From an uncultured delta proteobacterium (GTDB lineage Bacteria; Desulfobacterota; Binatia; Binatales; Binataceae): 64,000 bases of DNA. Below, piece after piece: positions 29,808-39,731 of the stretch; positions within the stretch are counted from its first letter, which is position 1; every line of letters begins with the position of its first letter. The notes below the pieces were generated by a model. The model was given only the letters and a program-made list of their open reading frames with translations. It was not told the origin of the DNA and ran no database searches. Both the position numbers and the translations under genes were made by a program. Location of the stretch: assembly GCA_963842085.1 (NCBI GenBank), contig CAWJET010000001.1:2976001-3040000 (forward strand), in the 5' to 3' direction.

Positions 29808-31037
29808 ATGGATTCCCGCGCCGCCACGCTCGAGCCGGTCCACGCGATCACTTCCGCCGAGGCGGCGCACACCCTGCTCGCGACTTTTCTGGGCTGGACG
29901 CTCGACGCATTCGATTTCTTCATCCTGATTTTCGTGATGCCCGCGGTCGCGCGCGAATTCCATCGCCCCATCTCGCACATTGCATTCACGATCACCGCGA
30001 CGCTTGCGCTCCGTCCAGTCGGCGCTCTGATCTTCGGCTGGCTCGCCGACCGTTACGGCCGACGCATCCCGCTGATGGTCGATGTCATCTTCTATTCAAT
30101 TGTCGAAGTGCTGAGCGGCCTCGCGCCGACGTACGGATGGTTCCTGTTCATGCGCGCGCTGTATGGCATCGGGATGGGCGGCGAGTGGGGCGTGGGCGCG
30201 TCGCTCGCGATGGAAGCGGTCTCGCCGCGATGGCGCGGATTCTTCTCCGGCCTGCTGCAGGAAGGTTATGCGGTCGGCTATCTGCTCGCGGCGGCCGCGT
30301 TCTTCTTCGTCTTCCCGCTCTCCGGGTGGCGCGCGATGTTTTTTCTCGGCGGCGCGCCAGCGCTGCTGACCATCTATATCCGCACCAAGGTTCCGGAGTC
30401 CGAGGCATGGCAGCGCACGCGTCCCGACATGTCGAAGATTCGCAACGCGATTCGCGCCAACTGGAAATTGTTCGCCTACCTGTGCGCGCTGATGACGATG
30501 ATGAACTTCGTCTCGCACGGCACCCAGGACATGTACCCCACCTTTCTGGAAAAGACTCGCGGCTTTGACACCCGTACCGTCGCGACCATCGCGCTCATCT
30601 ATAATGTAGGCGCTCTGCTGGGCGGCCTGACCTTCGGCTACCTATCCGATGGCTGGGGACGGCGCCGCACGATGGCGACTGCGGTGATCTGCGCGGGCCT
30701 GCTGATACCGTTGTGGATCTACCCGAGCACGCTCGTGGTGCTGACGCTCGGCGCGTTTCTCATGCAGTTCATGGTGCAGGGCGCATGGGGCGTCATCCCG
30801 GCGCATCTGACCGAGCTCTCGCCGCCGGAAGTTCGCGGCCTGTTCTCGGGCCTTGCGTATCAAACCGGGGTTTTGCTGGCTTCTGGAGCGGCCTTCAGCC
30901 AGGCTATCCTCGCCGAGCGATTCGGTTACGCCGCGACGCTCGCGAGCGTCGCCGCAATCGTAATGCTCGCCGCGGCCATCGTCATCCTGCTCGGCCGCGA
31001 GCGCATGGGCCGCGAGCTCAATTCGTCCGCGGCATGA
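29808..31037 (+). CDS. MFS transporter, carboxylate/sialate:H+ symporter-like
   Basis: LDAFDFF, ADRYGRR, GMGGEWG, SHGTQDMYPT, QGAWGVIP. Confidence 0.92.
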   Translation: MDSRAATLEPVHAITSAEAAHTLLATFLGWTLDAFDFFILIFVMPAVAREFHRPISHIAFTITATLALRPVGALIFGWLADRYGRRIPLMVDVIFYSIVEVLSGLAPTYGWFLFMRALYGIGMGGEWGVGASLAMEAVSPRWRGFFSGLLQEGYAVGYLLAAAAFFFVFPLSGWRAMFFLGGAPALLTIYIRTKVPESEAWQRTRPDMSKIRNAIRANWKLFAYLCALMTMMNFVSHGTQDMYPTFLEKTRGFDTRTVATIALIYNVGALLGGLTFGYLSDGWGRRRTMATAVICAGLLIPLWIYPSTLVVLTLGAFLMQFMVQGAWGVIPAHLTELSPPEVRGLFSGLAYQTGVLLASGAAFSQAILAERFGYAATLASVAAIVMLAAAIVILLGRERMGRELNSSAA

Positions 31038-31123
31038 GTCACGCATCAACTCAACCCGATTGTTCCCCTTGCCACGTGAGAGGAGTTTAGGGGTTGGGTC
31101 GTCTGCATGCCTCGTCCCGCGAG

Positions 31124-32475
31124 CTATCCCGCAAGCCTTTCCGATCCACCGCTCCCGAACAACCGGGGCAGGTGGCGCCGCACCTGCGCCTCCATCTCCT
31201 GGTCCGAGATCGACGTGGTCCGGCCATCGTCATACTGCGCATCGACCCACTTCGCGATCTCGAGCACCTCGGGCGACCGCTTTTCGACTTGCTCGCCGTA
31301 CGCGAGGCCGAAGTACGAATTGATCCACCACGCGATCCCGGCCACGCCCGAAGTTTTGTCGACCGCCACGCGCGGCGGCCGTCCGAGAATCTTCGCCGTG
31401 TCGAAGACGTTGTAGATTTCCTCGTCCTTCAGCAGCCCATCGGCATGGATCCCCGCGCGCGTCACGTTGAAGTCGCGCCCCACGAACGGATAATTGGCGG
31501 GAATCCGGTAGCCAGCTTCGCGCTCGAAGTACTCCGCGATTTCGGTGATCACCGACAAGTCCATTCCGTTCGCGCCGCCCTTGAGCGACACGTAGTCCAT
31601 CACCAGCCCTTCCAAGGGAGGATTTCCGGTGCGCTCGCCGTAGCCGAGGATCGTGCCGTTGGCGTACATAATTCCTAAAGCCACGCGGCCGTCGCGTTGG
31701 CCAGCACCTTGTGAAAATCATTGTGCCCGTGCCATTCCAGTTGCTCCGGCTTCACGCCGCATTCCCGGCGCAGCCCCAAAATGAGCTTCGGCACGCTGCG
31801 CGGGAGCGCGACTCCCGGGTAGGGCACGCCGAATCCGAGCGTGTCGCAGACGCGAATCTTGACGGGAATTCCAGCCGCCTCGCCCAGTTCCATCAGCTTC
31901 GACACGAACGGCACGACGAAACCGTAAAAGTCCGCGCGCGTCGCGTCCTCGAGATGGCAGCGGATTCTCAAGCCCGCATCCAGCGCCGCGTTCACTATCT
32001 TCAGGTAGTCGTCCATCGCCGCGCGCCGCGTTTTCTTGAGCTTGTTGAAAATGTGATAGTCCGAGGCCGACGTCAGAATTCCGGTCTCGCGCAGGCCCAT
32101 TTCCTTCACCAGCTTGAAGTCCGCTTTCACCGCGCGAATCCATCCGGTCACCTCGGGGAATTCGTAGCCGCGCACGACGCACCGATTCACCGCCTCGCGA
32201 TCGACCTTCGAGTACAGGAAAAACTCCGTCTGCCGGATTACGCCGTTGGGACCGCCGAGCCGATGCAGCATGTCGAACATCGCGACGATTTGCCCGGCGG
32301 TGTACGGCGGACGCGCCTGTTGTCCGTCGCGGAAGGTCGTATCGGTGATGAACAAGTCAGGCGCCGGCTCGGGCTGCTCGAACTGGCGGTCGAAGATAAT
32401 TCGCGGCACCGCGTCGTAGGGGAACTGCTCGCGCAAAAGGTTCGGCTCGGCCACGTCGACGAGTTCGTGTTTCAT
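31124..32475 (-). pseudogene. Re-citrate synthase-like enzyme (DRE-TIM/LeuA superfamily), broken by a 1-nt deletion at ~31675
   Basis: EPNLLREQFPY, TDTTFRDGQQ, QTEFFLY, RCHLEDATRADFYGFVVP, HGHNDF; adding one base converts AWL* into AWLYG and joins GERTGN in ORF 31124-31684. Confidence 0.8.
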
Positions 32476-32738
32476 ATCGGAGGTCCTCGACTCCGATCTA
32501 AACCGCATGAATCAACATATGTCAAGCTATATACAGCACCATTTATGCTGCACGAGGAATTGAGGTGGTACGTCCGCCGCAGAACCCTCGCCTGCCGGCC
32601 GCGCCGCGGCCGGCGCCTCTCCCGTGAAATAACGGGCGAGGTAAGAAGGAGCCGGGATTCTTCGCTACAGCAACTTTCGCTCTAGAATGACGCAAAGATG
32701 AAATGACGGAAAAGAGAGATCAGCTTCCGCCCCGAACG

Positions 32739-32834
32739 AGTTCTAACAGGGGCGAAGTCCCGCATCTTCTCTTAACGTTGGGTGCAGGGGTCACCCCTGC
32801 CCAAGGAGGTGCGGAACCCACGGTGGGTTCCGCA
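32739..32834. repeat. Three-hairpin dispersed repeat, copy 2
   Basis: Homologous to 8753-8848 with compensatory stem changes. Confidence 0.9.
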
Positions 32835-32922
32835 TTCAATAAAGTGATTTACCCTTCCCACTCGCGGGACTTTCGATCTCCCCGCGATTGCGCTAAACGA
32901 ACGGTATGCTGGAGGTAAAGCC

Positions 32923-34035
32923 ATGAAATTTGGCCTCTTCTATGAAATCTCGGTACCGCGACCATGGGGGCGCGAAACCGAAAAAACCGTTTACGACAAC
33001 TGCCTCGAGCAGGTCGCCCTCGCCGAGTCCCTCGGCTTCGACTCCGTGTGGGCCGTCGAGCATCACTTCCTCGAAGAGTATTCGCACTGCCCCGCGCCCG
33101 AACTGTTCCTGACCGCGTGCGCGATGAAGACCAAAAAAATGCGCGTCGGTCACGGCATCGTCGTGTGCGTGCCCGAGTTCAATCATCCGATCAAAATCGC
33201 CGAGCGCACCGCCGTCCTCGACATTCTCTCCGGCGGTCGTCTCGACGTCGGCACCGGCCGTTCCGCGACCTGGACCGAGCTCGCGGGCTTTCGCGCCAGC
33301 CCCGACGAGACCAAGAAAACCTGGGACGAGTTCGTCCATTGCCTGCCCAAGATGTGGACGCAGGAGCGCTTTTCCTACCAGGGACGCTCGTGGTCGATGC
33401 CCCAGCGCACGATCGTTCCCAAGCCCTACCAGAAGCCGCATCCTCCGCTGTGGGTCGCGGTCACCAGTCCCGGCACCGAGATCGACGCGGCCGAGCGCGG
33501 CATGGGCAGCCTCGGACTGACCTTCGGCGGATTCGCCGAGCAGGACGAGAAGGTCAAGCGCTATCGCAAGATCATCCGCAATTGCACTCCGGTCGGCGAG
33601 GTCGTCAACGAAGCCGTCTCGACCGTGAACTTTCTCTATTGCCATGAGGACGACGCCGAGGGCGTCAAGGTCGGCCGCCGTCTCACCGGTACCTTCAACT
33701 ATCTCGCCGCCCAGTTGCTCGCCGCGCGCGAGGCGTATCCGAGCAAATCGTATCCGTCGCTCGGCCTGCTGCCTTCGCTGCGTCAGGAGGCGTCGGGCCC
33801 CGGCGACGCTTCCGGCGCGCCCGAGGGTATCGCGATCGGAAATCCCGCGCGCATTACGCGCGAGATGAAGAAGTGGGAGGCCGTGGGCGTCGATCGCGTC
33901 AACTTCCTGCTGAACGCGCTCGAGACCGTGCCGCAGCAAAAGGTGCTCGACTCACTCCGCCTGTTCGCCAAGGAAGTGATGCCTCATTTTCAAGGTGCGA
34001 GCGATTCCGCTTCCGCCGCCGCAGGAGGTCGCTGA
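32923..34035 (+). CDS. LLM-class flavin-dependent oxidoreductase
   Basis: MKFGLFYE, VEHHFLEEYSH, PKPYQKPHPP, FAKEVMP. Confidence 0.92.
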   Translation: MKFGLFYEISVPRPWGRETEKTVYDNCLEQVALAESLGFDSVWAVEHHFLEEYSHCPAPELFLTACAMKTKKMRVGHGIVVCVPEFNHPIKIAERTAVLDILSGGRLDVGTGRSATWTELAGFRASPDETKKTWDEFVHCLPKMWTQERFSYQGRSWSMPQRTIVPKPYQKPHPPLWVAVTSPGTEIDAAERGMGSLGLTFGGFAEQDEKVKRYRKIIRNCTPVGEVVNEAVSTVNFLYCHEDDAEGVKVGRRLTGTFNYLAAQLLAAREAYPSKSYPSLGLLPSLRQEASGPGDASGAPEGIAIGNPARITREMKKWEAVGVDRVNFLLNALETVPQQKVLDSLRLFAKEVMPHFQGASDSASAAAGGR

Positions 34036-34790
34036 TGCCGCCGCGCTACGGAAAGCTCGATCTCGCCGCATGGGCCAAGTCGGTGCCGACAATCAACGGT
34101 CTCAAAACCGAGCCGTGGACCCTGAAGGGCGCTAAAATCCTCTCGATCAATATCGAGGTCGACGACGACCCCGCGGACTTCCTGCTGCCGGCCACGATGC
34201 ATCCGTCGATTCCCGAGTACGCGATCTTCAACGTCACCTCGTATCCCGACAGCCCCGTCGGCGCATTCTCGATTGCCGAGGTCCGACTCTCGGGCCGCAC
34301 CGGCGTCCGTCCGCGCGGCTTCGTGCTCCGCAGTTATTGCGACAACGAAGATGCGCGCCGCGAGCTGGCCGCGCGATGGGGTTATCCAACCGTCGCCGGC
34401 GAGGTTAAGCTCGACATCCGCCACGACCGCGTCGTCGGCCGCGTCAGCGCCGGTGGCAAGCCGGTGCTCGAATGCGAGCTGCTCGATCGCGACATGATCT
34501 CCGGCGGCGATATCCAGTACATCGCGAGCATGCATCTGGCCCGCAACAAGGACGACGGCAAGCTGGTGCTCGTGCAAGTCGATCCCGAGTTCGTTTTCTC
34601 CAAAGCGGAGCGCGGCAAGCCGCGGATTATCCTGCTCGACAACGACGCGTTCGGCGCCGGCAACTACCTCCGCCTCGCCAATCCCATCTCGGCCACTTTC
34701 ACAACCGCCGACGTAACGCTGCCGAAGATCCGCTACATCTGCAATCCAGAGTTGCCGGCGATGCAGGGCACGACGAAGGTCGCCGCCTGA
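34035..34790 (+). CDS. Acetoacetate decarboxylase-family protein
   Basis: LLP...YPDSPVGAF...ARWGYP pattern; translationally coupled to the LLM gene. Confidence 0.7.
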   Translation: MPPRYGKLDLAAWAKSVPTINGLKTEPWTLKGAKILSINIEVDDDPADFLLPATMHPSIPEYAIFNVTSYPDSPVGAFSIAEVRLSGRTGVRPRGFVLRSYCDNEDARRELAARWGYPTVAGEVKLDIRHDRVVGRVSAGGKPVLECELLDRDMISGGDIQYIASMHLARNKDDGKLVLVQVDPEFVFSKAERGKPRIILLDNDAFGAGNYLRLANPISATFTTADVTLPKIRYICNPELPAMQGTTKVAA

Positions 34791-34847
34791 TCGGGTCGCG
34801 GAGTCGCAGTCTGCATCCTGAGCGCAGCGAGCAAGGCGCACCTTCTA

Positions 34848-35014
34848 TCATCCTGACGATGCGAGCAACAACGAAAACGAGCTGAGGAACGGATCTCGGA
34901 CAGCTTCGCGCCAGCGAAGCCGGCTCCGGTTTCGTGATGCGCGTTAGCTCCTCCTTAATAATGCTGGACGTAAGAACGTCGATCCAGATTCTTCGCCGCG
35001 GCGGCTCAGAATGA
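34848..35014. repeat. 85-bp repeat copy 2 plus right palindrome arm (AGATTCTTCG...CTCAGAATGAC)
   Basis: 34848-34932 matches 29669-29753; 34986-35014 resembles the right arm at 8690-8721. Confidence 0.85.
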
Positions 35015-35024
35015 CGGAAGGAAA

Positions 35025-35918
35025 ATGCCCGACCCCTGGCACTTCGAACGAATCAAACTCAAAAGCGGACTCACCCTCCGCATTGCACGCGCCGGCGGCG
35101 GACCTCCCGTCATCATGCTGCACGGCTTCCCGGAATGCTGGTACTCGTGGCGTCATCAAATGCGCGCGCTGTGCGACCGCTACGATTGCGTCGCGCCCGA
35201 GATGCGCGGTTATGGCGAGTCCGACGCACCGATCGGCGTCGGCTACTACACGCTCGACAAGCTGGTCGGCGACGTCGCCGATCTGATCGAGGCGCTCGGC
35301 CACAAGCGCGCCACGGTGATTGGCCACGATTGGGGCGGCGCCGTAGCCTGGGCGACCGCGCTGATGCGTCCCGACGTTGTCGATCGTCTGATCGTCATGA
35401 ACTGTCCTCATCTCGAGCGGATGAGCCGCGCGCTGCGCCGCAATCCGCGCCAGATGCTTCGCAGTTGGTACATGCTCTTCTTCCAGATTCCCGGTATTCC
35501 CGAGTGGCTGTTCCGCCGGCGCAACTATCAAGCGCTCGTCGATGCGCTGAGCAATGGCACTTTTCAAAAGAACGTCTTCACCGACAGTGATCTCGACTAC
35601 TTTCGCGCCGCATTTCGCAATCCATATTCGATTACCGCCGCGATTAACTACTACCGCGCCAACTTCCGCTCCGGCTTTATGGCCCGTCCCGGCTCCAGCC
35701 CATGGATCGATCGCAAGATTTCAGCGCCCACGCTTCTCATCTGGGGCGAGCAGGATTTCGCACTCGGCAAGGAGCTCACCTACGGAATGGAGGGCCTGTT
35801 CACCGGGCCCTTCGCGATCAAGTACATCCCGGACAGCGGGCATTGGGTGCAGCAGGAAAAGCCCGACCTCGTGAACCAGTACGTCCGCGAGTTCCTCGAT
35901 TCCCATCCGCCCGCGTAG
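35025..35918 (+). CDS. Epoxide hydrolase-like alpha/beta hydrolase
   Basis: HGFPE, GHDWGG, NYYRA, GHWVQQE. Confidence 0.93.
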   Translation: MPDPWHFERIKLKSGLTLRIARAGGGPPVIMLHGFPECWYSWRHQMRALCDRYDCVAPEMRGYGESDAPIGVGYYTLDKLVGDVADLIEALGHKRATVIGHDWGGAVAWATALMRPDVVDRLIVMNCPHLERMSRALRRNPRQMLRSWYMLFFQIPGIPEWLFRRRNYQALVDALSNGTFQKNVFTDSDLDYFRAAFRNPYSITAAINYYRANFRSGFMARPGSSPWIDRKISAPTLLIWGEQDFALGKELTYGMEGLFTGPFAIKYIPDSGHWVQQEKPDLVNQYVREFLDSHPPA

Positions 35919-36084
35919 TTCGCCGACGCATTTCCCGCCGCGACTTTACTCCGCTTCGCGCCGCGCTTATCCTTTAGGTCAGGATCGAAACGCCTCGGAC
36001 GCCGCCTTTCTCACGAATCCCGGCCAAATTCCGGATCGTCGTCTGTATAGGAGCTTCCCGGCAAATTCAGAAGGAGGGGCTTTT

Positions 36085-36435
36085 ATGCCCACTAAGTTGT
36101 ATGTAGGCAACCTCGCCTACGCGGTTACGCAGGAAGACCTGGCAGAGCTCTTTGCACAGGCCGGGAAGGTCGAGAGCGCGGTAGTAGTCACCGACAAATT
36201 CTCGGGGCAGTCGCGCGGCTTCGGTTTCGTCGAGATGGCGGAGGCGGCCGACGCGGCCACCGCAATCTCGACCCTTAATGACACCGACCTGAAGGGCCGG
36301 CGAATCAAGATTGACGAGGCGCGCGCCAGCACCGGCGGTCCGCGCGGCGGCGGCGGCGGTGGAGATCGCCGACGCGGCGGCGGCGGTGGCGGCAGAGAGG
36401 GCGGTGGCGGCGGCGGAAATCGCAATCGCTGGTAG
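36085..36435 (+). CDS. RRM RNA-binding protein with Gly-rich tail
   Basis: LYVGNL (RNP2), RGFGFVEM (RNP1). Confidence 0.95.
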   Translation: MPTKLYVGNLAYAVTQEDLAELFAQAGKVESAVVVTDKFSGQSRGFGFVEMAEAADAATAISTLNDTDLKGRRIKIDEARASTGGPRGGGGGGDRRRGGGGGGREGGGGGGNRNRW

Positions 36436-36626
36436 CGCTTCGCGCCAGTGAAATAGTTTAACGATTGAATTGGCGGCGCGGTTGGAGCGAACAGCTCCCG
36501 CTGCGCCGCTCGGGTTTCTACGTTTCGACGGCTTGCGAGCCCCTCCCACACGGGCGCTCTTCTGCTATCGTTATGCGCCGAAACTGAACTGAGCCAACCC
36601 ACAAACTTCTGGATGAATCCGATCGA

Positions 36627-37481
36627 ATGAGAAAAGCCACACTGTCGACTGCGGCGGCGGCCGTCGCGCTCGCGTCCATTCTCGCCATGACCCCGCGCCC
36701 GTGCCGCGCCGACGACACCGGCACCGTCCCTTCCGGAACGCTGCGCAACGTCGCCGGCATCGTGACTCACAGCGGCGGGCGCGTCGTGCAGGTCGGCACC
36801 GCATTTTTCGTCGCCGTGCCCAGCTCGGTGTTTCCCGGCCGCTCGTTCGTCTACCTGGTGACGGCCCATCACAACCTGCTCGACGACAGCGGCAATCCGC
36901 GCGCCGGCCTCCTGCTCACGCTCGAGGACGCCAAGACCGGCGCGATGCGCGAGGAGCCGCTACCGCCTGAAACCCGCTGGGTGCTCGATCCGAATGAAGA
37001 AAAGGCCGACGTTGCCGCGATTCCCTTGACTCCGCAGGGCGCGAGCATCGCGCCGATCGCGCTTGCTTCGTTGCTTGGCAGCGACGACCCGCTCGCCCGC
37101 CCCGAAACCGGCGCGCAGGTGTACTATCTCACCGCCGCAACTGTCGGCGTCAACCAGCGTCGCTTCGAGGCGCTCGCCCGTTTCGGCCACGTCTCGGTTG
37201 CGGAGCCCGCCGACACCGAAGTCATCGGCGCGGGCCTGCAGCGGCTCAGCTACCTCGACGGCGGCGGCGCGCCCGGATTTTCCAGCGGGGCCCCGGTTTT
37301 CGTCAGCGCCGGGCTTCGCTTTGCGCTATGGGGAATACTAGAGGCCAACACTTCGCTCAACACCGATCCGGTTTTTTCCGGCCTGGCAGGCGTTCTGCCA
37401 GCCAAGTTCGTCGCCGAGACGTGCAAGGCGATGGGCGCGGTGCAGGACAAGACGCTGCAAGGCGCCAAGCTGCCCCAGTGA
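36627..37481 (+). CDS. Secreted trypsin-like serine protease-fold protein
   Basis: Signal peptide; GTAFF, VTAHH, ADVA, GFSSGAP triad-like motifs. Confidence 0.65.
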   Translation: MRKATLSTAAAAVALASILAMTPRPCRADDTGTVPSGTLRNVAGIVTHSGGRVVQVGTAFFVAVPSSVFPGRSFVYLVTAHHNLLDDSGNPRAGLLLTLEDAKTGAMREEPLPPETRWVLDPNEEKADVAAIPLTPQGASIAPIALASLLGSDDPLARPETGAQVYYLTAATVGVNQRRFEALARFGHVSVAEPADTEVIGAGLQRLSYLDGGGAPGFSSGAPVFVSAGLRFALWGILEANTSLNTDPVFSGLAGVLPAKFVAETCKAMGAVQDKTLQGAKLPQ

Positions 37482-37635
37482 CCTCGGGCCGGCGCGATGC
37501 GGATTTGATTTGATTCGTACTGCCCGTCTCCAGCTATAATGGCGAGCGCTGTCAGTTGAATGCTTGATTTCACGTCGATGCGCGTATATCGAGAGTAGTT
37601 CCGGCTTCGCGTAAAGGCCGAACCCAGTAAAATAT

Positions 37636-37711
37636 TCCCCGGTAGCTCAGTCGGTAGAGCGGACGGCTGTTAACCGTCATGTCGCTGGTTCGAATCCGGC
37701 CCGGGGAGCCA
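37636..37711 (+). tRNA. tRNA-Asn(GTT)
   Basis: TCCCCGG/CCGGGGA acceptor stem, anticodon arm GACGG-CTGTTAA-CCGTC, GGTTCGAATCC, encoded CCA. Confidence 0.98.
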
Positions 37712-38918
37712 CTCCTAAAGTGGCGAACTTCAAGGCTTTTTCATTGTTCCGAGCCAAACCAGTGGAGAAGTGAGCAGGCGACTGTGGGGACTTTTGTGGG
37801 GACCCGCTCCTCGGGCCGGAATGATCCGCCGGTATGTCGGGTTCAAGCGCGGCGATCGCATCGCGGCGCGCCTGCGCGCGAATGTGGGCGTACCGCGCGA
37901 GCATTCGCGGACTGACGTGCCCCGCCAGTTGACGGATGGTTTCCTCCGAGACCGTCGGATTCTCTGCGAGCCGGGTAACGAACGTATGGCGGGCGTCGTA
38001 AAAACGGATGTTGACGCCAGCCTTCGTGCGAGCGGTATCGAACGCCGTCCTGTAGCTCGAATAGCTCATCGGTCGGTCGGCATTTACGCCATAGATGTGC
38101 GGGATACGGTCGTTTCCTGCGATCGCGACATGATGGAACGGGAACACAAACGATTCTGCATTGCCGTCCGGAAAACGCGACAGCCAGACCGTGAGCGCAG
38201 CACAAGCTCGTCGGGTCAGTGGGATCATGCGGCCGGTTCCCGCATCCGTCTTCGAGCGTCCCACTACAATTTCGCCCTTTACGATCGCGCCGTCACGCCA
38301 TTCAAGCAGAAGATTCGAGCGGCGCAGCGCGCGAGTCTCGGACGGCCGCAGGCCGGCGTCGATCGAAAGAACGAAGAAAGGATATAGAGAAGGCGAGCGG
38401 CTCTCCCTGATTGCATCAAGAAGCCGCTGCTCGTCTTCTCGGCTAAGTGCCTGGCCCACGTCCGATCGCTGACGCAGCATCTTGACGCGGCCAGAGATGT
38501 GCGGCCAGATACCGAAGTGGCGAAGTATCGCGCGAAGGGTCCCAACTTCGGCATTGATCTGGCGCCCGGAAAGCCCCTCAGCTTGGCGTTTGCGCTGAAG
38601 GTCCGCAACGTCATCAGCCGAAAAGTCGGTAACCAGCCGGCTCCCGAACTCGCGTGAAAGCTTTGTGATGTATTGCCGGTAATAACGTTCCCCGAGCGGT
38701 GAGAGGCCGGTCTTCGATTGAAACCACTGGCGCGCTGCCGTCGGGAAGAGCGGCCGTTCCCGTTTCGTGAGACCGTTGACACCGAGTTCGAGATCGCGTC
38801 GGCGGGCAAGCTCCGCCTGACGGGCAATTGTTTTCGAGTCGGTACGTGTGCTCTCTCGAATTCGAGCACCGTCGAATTCAAACTCGAACCACCAAATCTT
38901 TCCTCGTTTGTAGAGCAT
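37677..38918 (-). CDS. Tyrosine recombinase/integrase
   Basis: GLRPSE, K, YDARHT, LAGH...RYAH catalytic set; N-terminal arm-binding domain. Confidence 0.95.
   Translation of the reverse strand: MLYKRGKIWWFEFEFDGARIRESTRTDSKTIARQAELARRRDLELGVNGLTKRERPLFPTAARQWFQSKTGLSPLGERYYRQYITKLSREFGSRLVTDFSADDVADLQRKRQAEGLSGRQINAEVGTLRAILRHFGIWPHISGRVKMLRQRSDVGQALSREDEQRLLDAIRESRSPSLYPFFVLSIDAGLRPSETRALRRSNLLLEWRDGAIVKGEIVVGRSKTDAGTGRMIPLTRRACAALTVWLSRFPDGNAESFVFPFHHVAIAGNDRIPHIYGVNADRPMSYSSYRTAFDTARTKAGVNIRFYDARHTFVTRLAENPTVSEETIRQLAGHVSPRMLARYAHIRAQARRDAIAALEPDIPADHSGPRSGSPQKSPQSPAHFSTGLARNNEKALKFATLGVAPRAGFEPAT
37783..37803. repeat. Tandem TGTGGGGAC repeats, putative integrase arm-type sites
   Basis: Two copies at a 12-bp period about 70 bp from the tRNA 3' end. 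Confidence 0.6.
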
Positions 38919-39026
38919 GGCGTCACCTGTTTTTCGCGATCCGGGGGAATAGCTCCGCCCTGAAATCACGGAAATGTTAGATTGAAGGAAAATGATTTTC
39001 GGCGAACACGGGTCAAACCATCTCGA

Positions 39027-39260
39027 TTAGTCGACGCTGCTTGCTTCTGCGAGGTAGCGGCGGACTTCGGGATCCAGCACGACGACTCGACGGCCAAAAT
39101 GGGCGGCTCGGAGGCGGCCGCGCTTGATCTCAAGACGAAGGAAGGGAACGGAGACGCTCAGGCTATGAGCTAGATCGTTGAGGGTCCACCCCAGTTTCGG
39201 AGCAACGTGCCGGGCGCCTTCGGAATTGGATGGGATTAGAGAATTGGCATGAGCTAACAT
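39027..39260 (-). CDS. Excisionase-like winged HTH protein
   Basis: WTLNDLAHSLSVS..FLRLEIKRGRLRA..GRRVVV; directly upstream of int. Confidence 0.8.
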   Translation of the reverse strand: MLAHANSLIPSNSEGARHVAPKLGWTLNDLAHSLSVSVPFLRLEIKRGRLRAAHFGRRVVVLDPEVRRYLAEASSVD

Positions 39261-39315
39261 GATGACGAAAACCTCGGACAGATTCGCCGAACAAAGAGCG
39301 GTTCGGCTGTTACTA

Positions 39316-39346
39316 GCTACATAGCTATATGCATAAGCTGTGTCAA
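39316..39346 (-). promoter_or_regulatory. xis promoter region: TTGACA plus GCTACATAGC operator candidate
   Basis: TTGACA (minus, 39341-39346); 10-mer shared with 45482-45491 and 46552-46561. Confidence 0.55.
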
Positions 39347-39731
39347 GGCCCGCTGCACCACGAGGCATCGCGCGTGTAGAACGCGACGGAAGAAGAACGT
39401 GACTTCCGCGCCCGCGTGCCCGAAGGACCAGGGCGTGCTGATGCCTGGTTGATTCCGCAGCATTTTGAAGGCGCCGTTCTCTCAACCAAGTCTGGAGGGC
39501 GGCGCTGGATTCTGAGATGCGTGTGGTGGAGCGCTGCAACCGTGCCGAGCGAAGCGTCTGGCACGTGAGTGCCGGCGGCGCGGTTGCCCGCGGAGCGAGC
39601 GCCACCTTCACAGCGGCGCGAAGCGGAGCGCGAGCGGCGCCTTGCGCCACGTGGCCGAGCGGCGAAGCTTGCGAAGCCCGAGTGCCCGCGCTCATAGCAC
39701 AGTGCCGCTGAGGGGTAGGCCGGGGCCGGAA

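Noticed and set aside
36340-36420. GGC tandem repeats (also 52040-52200)
   Set aside because: Explained by poly-Gly coding tracts
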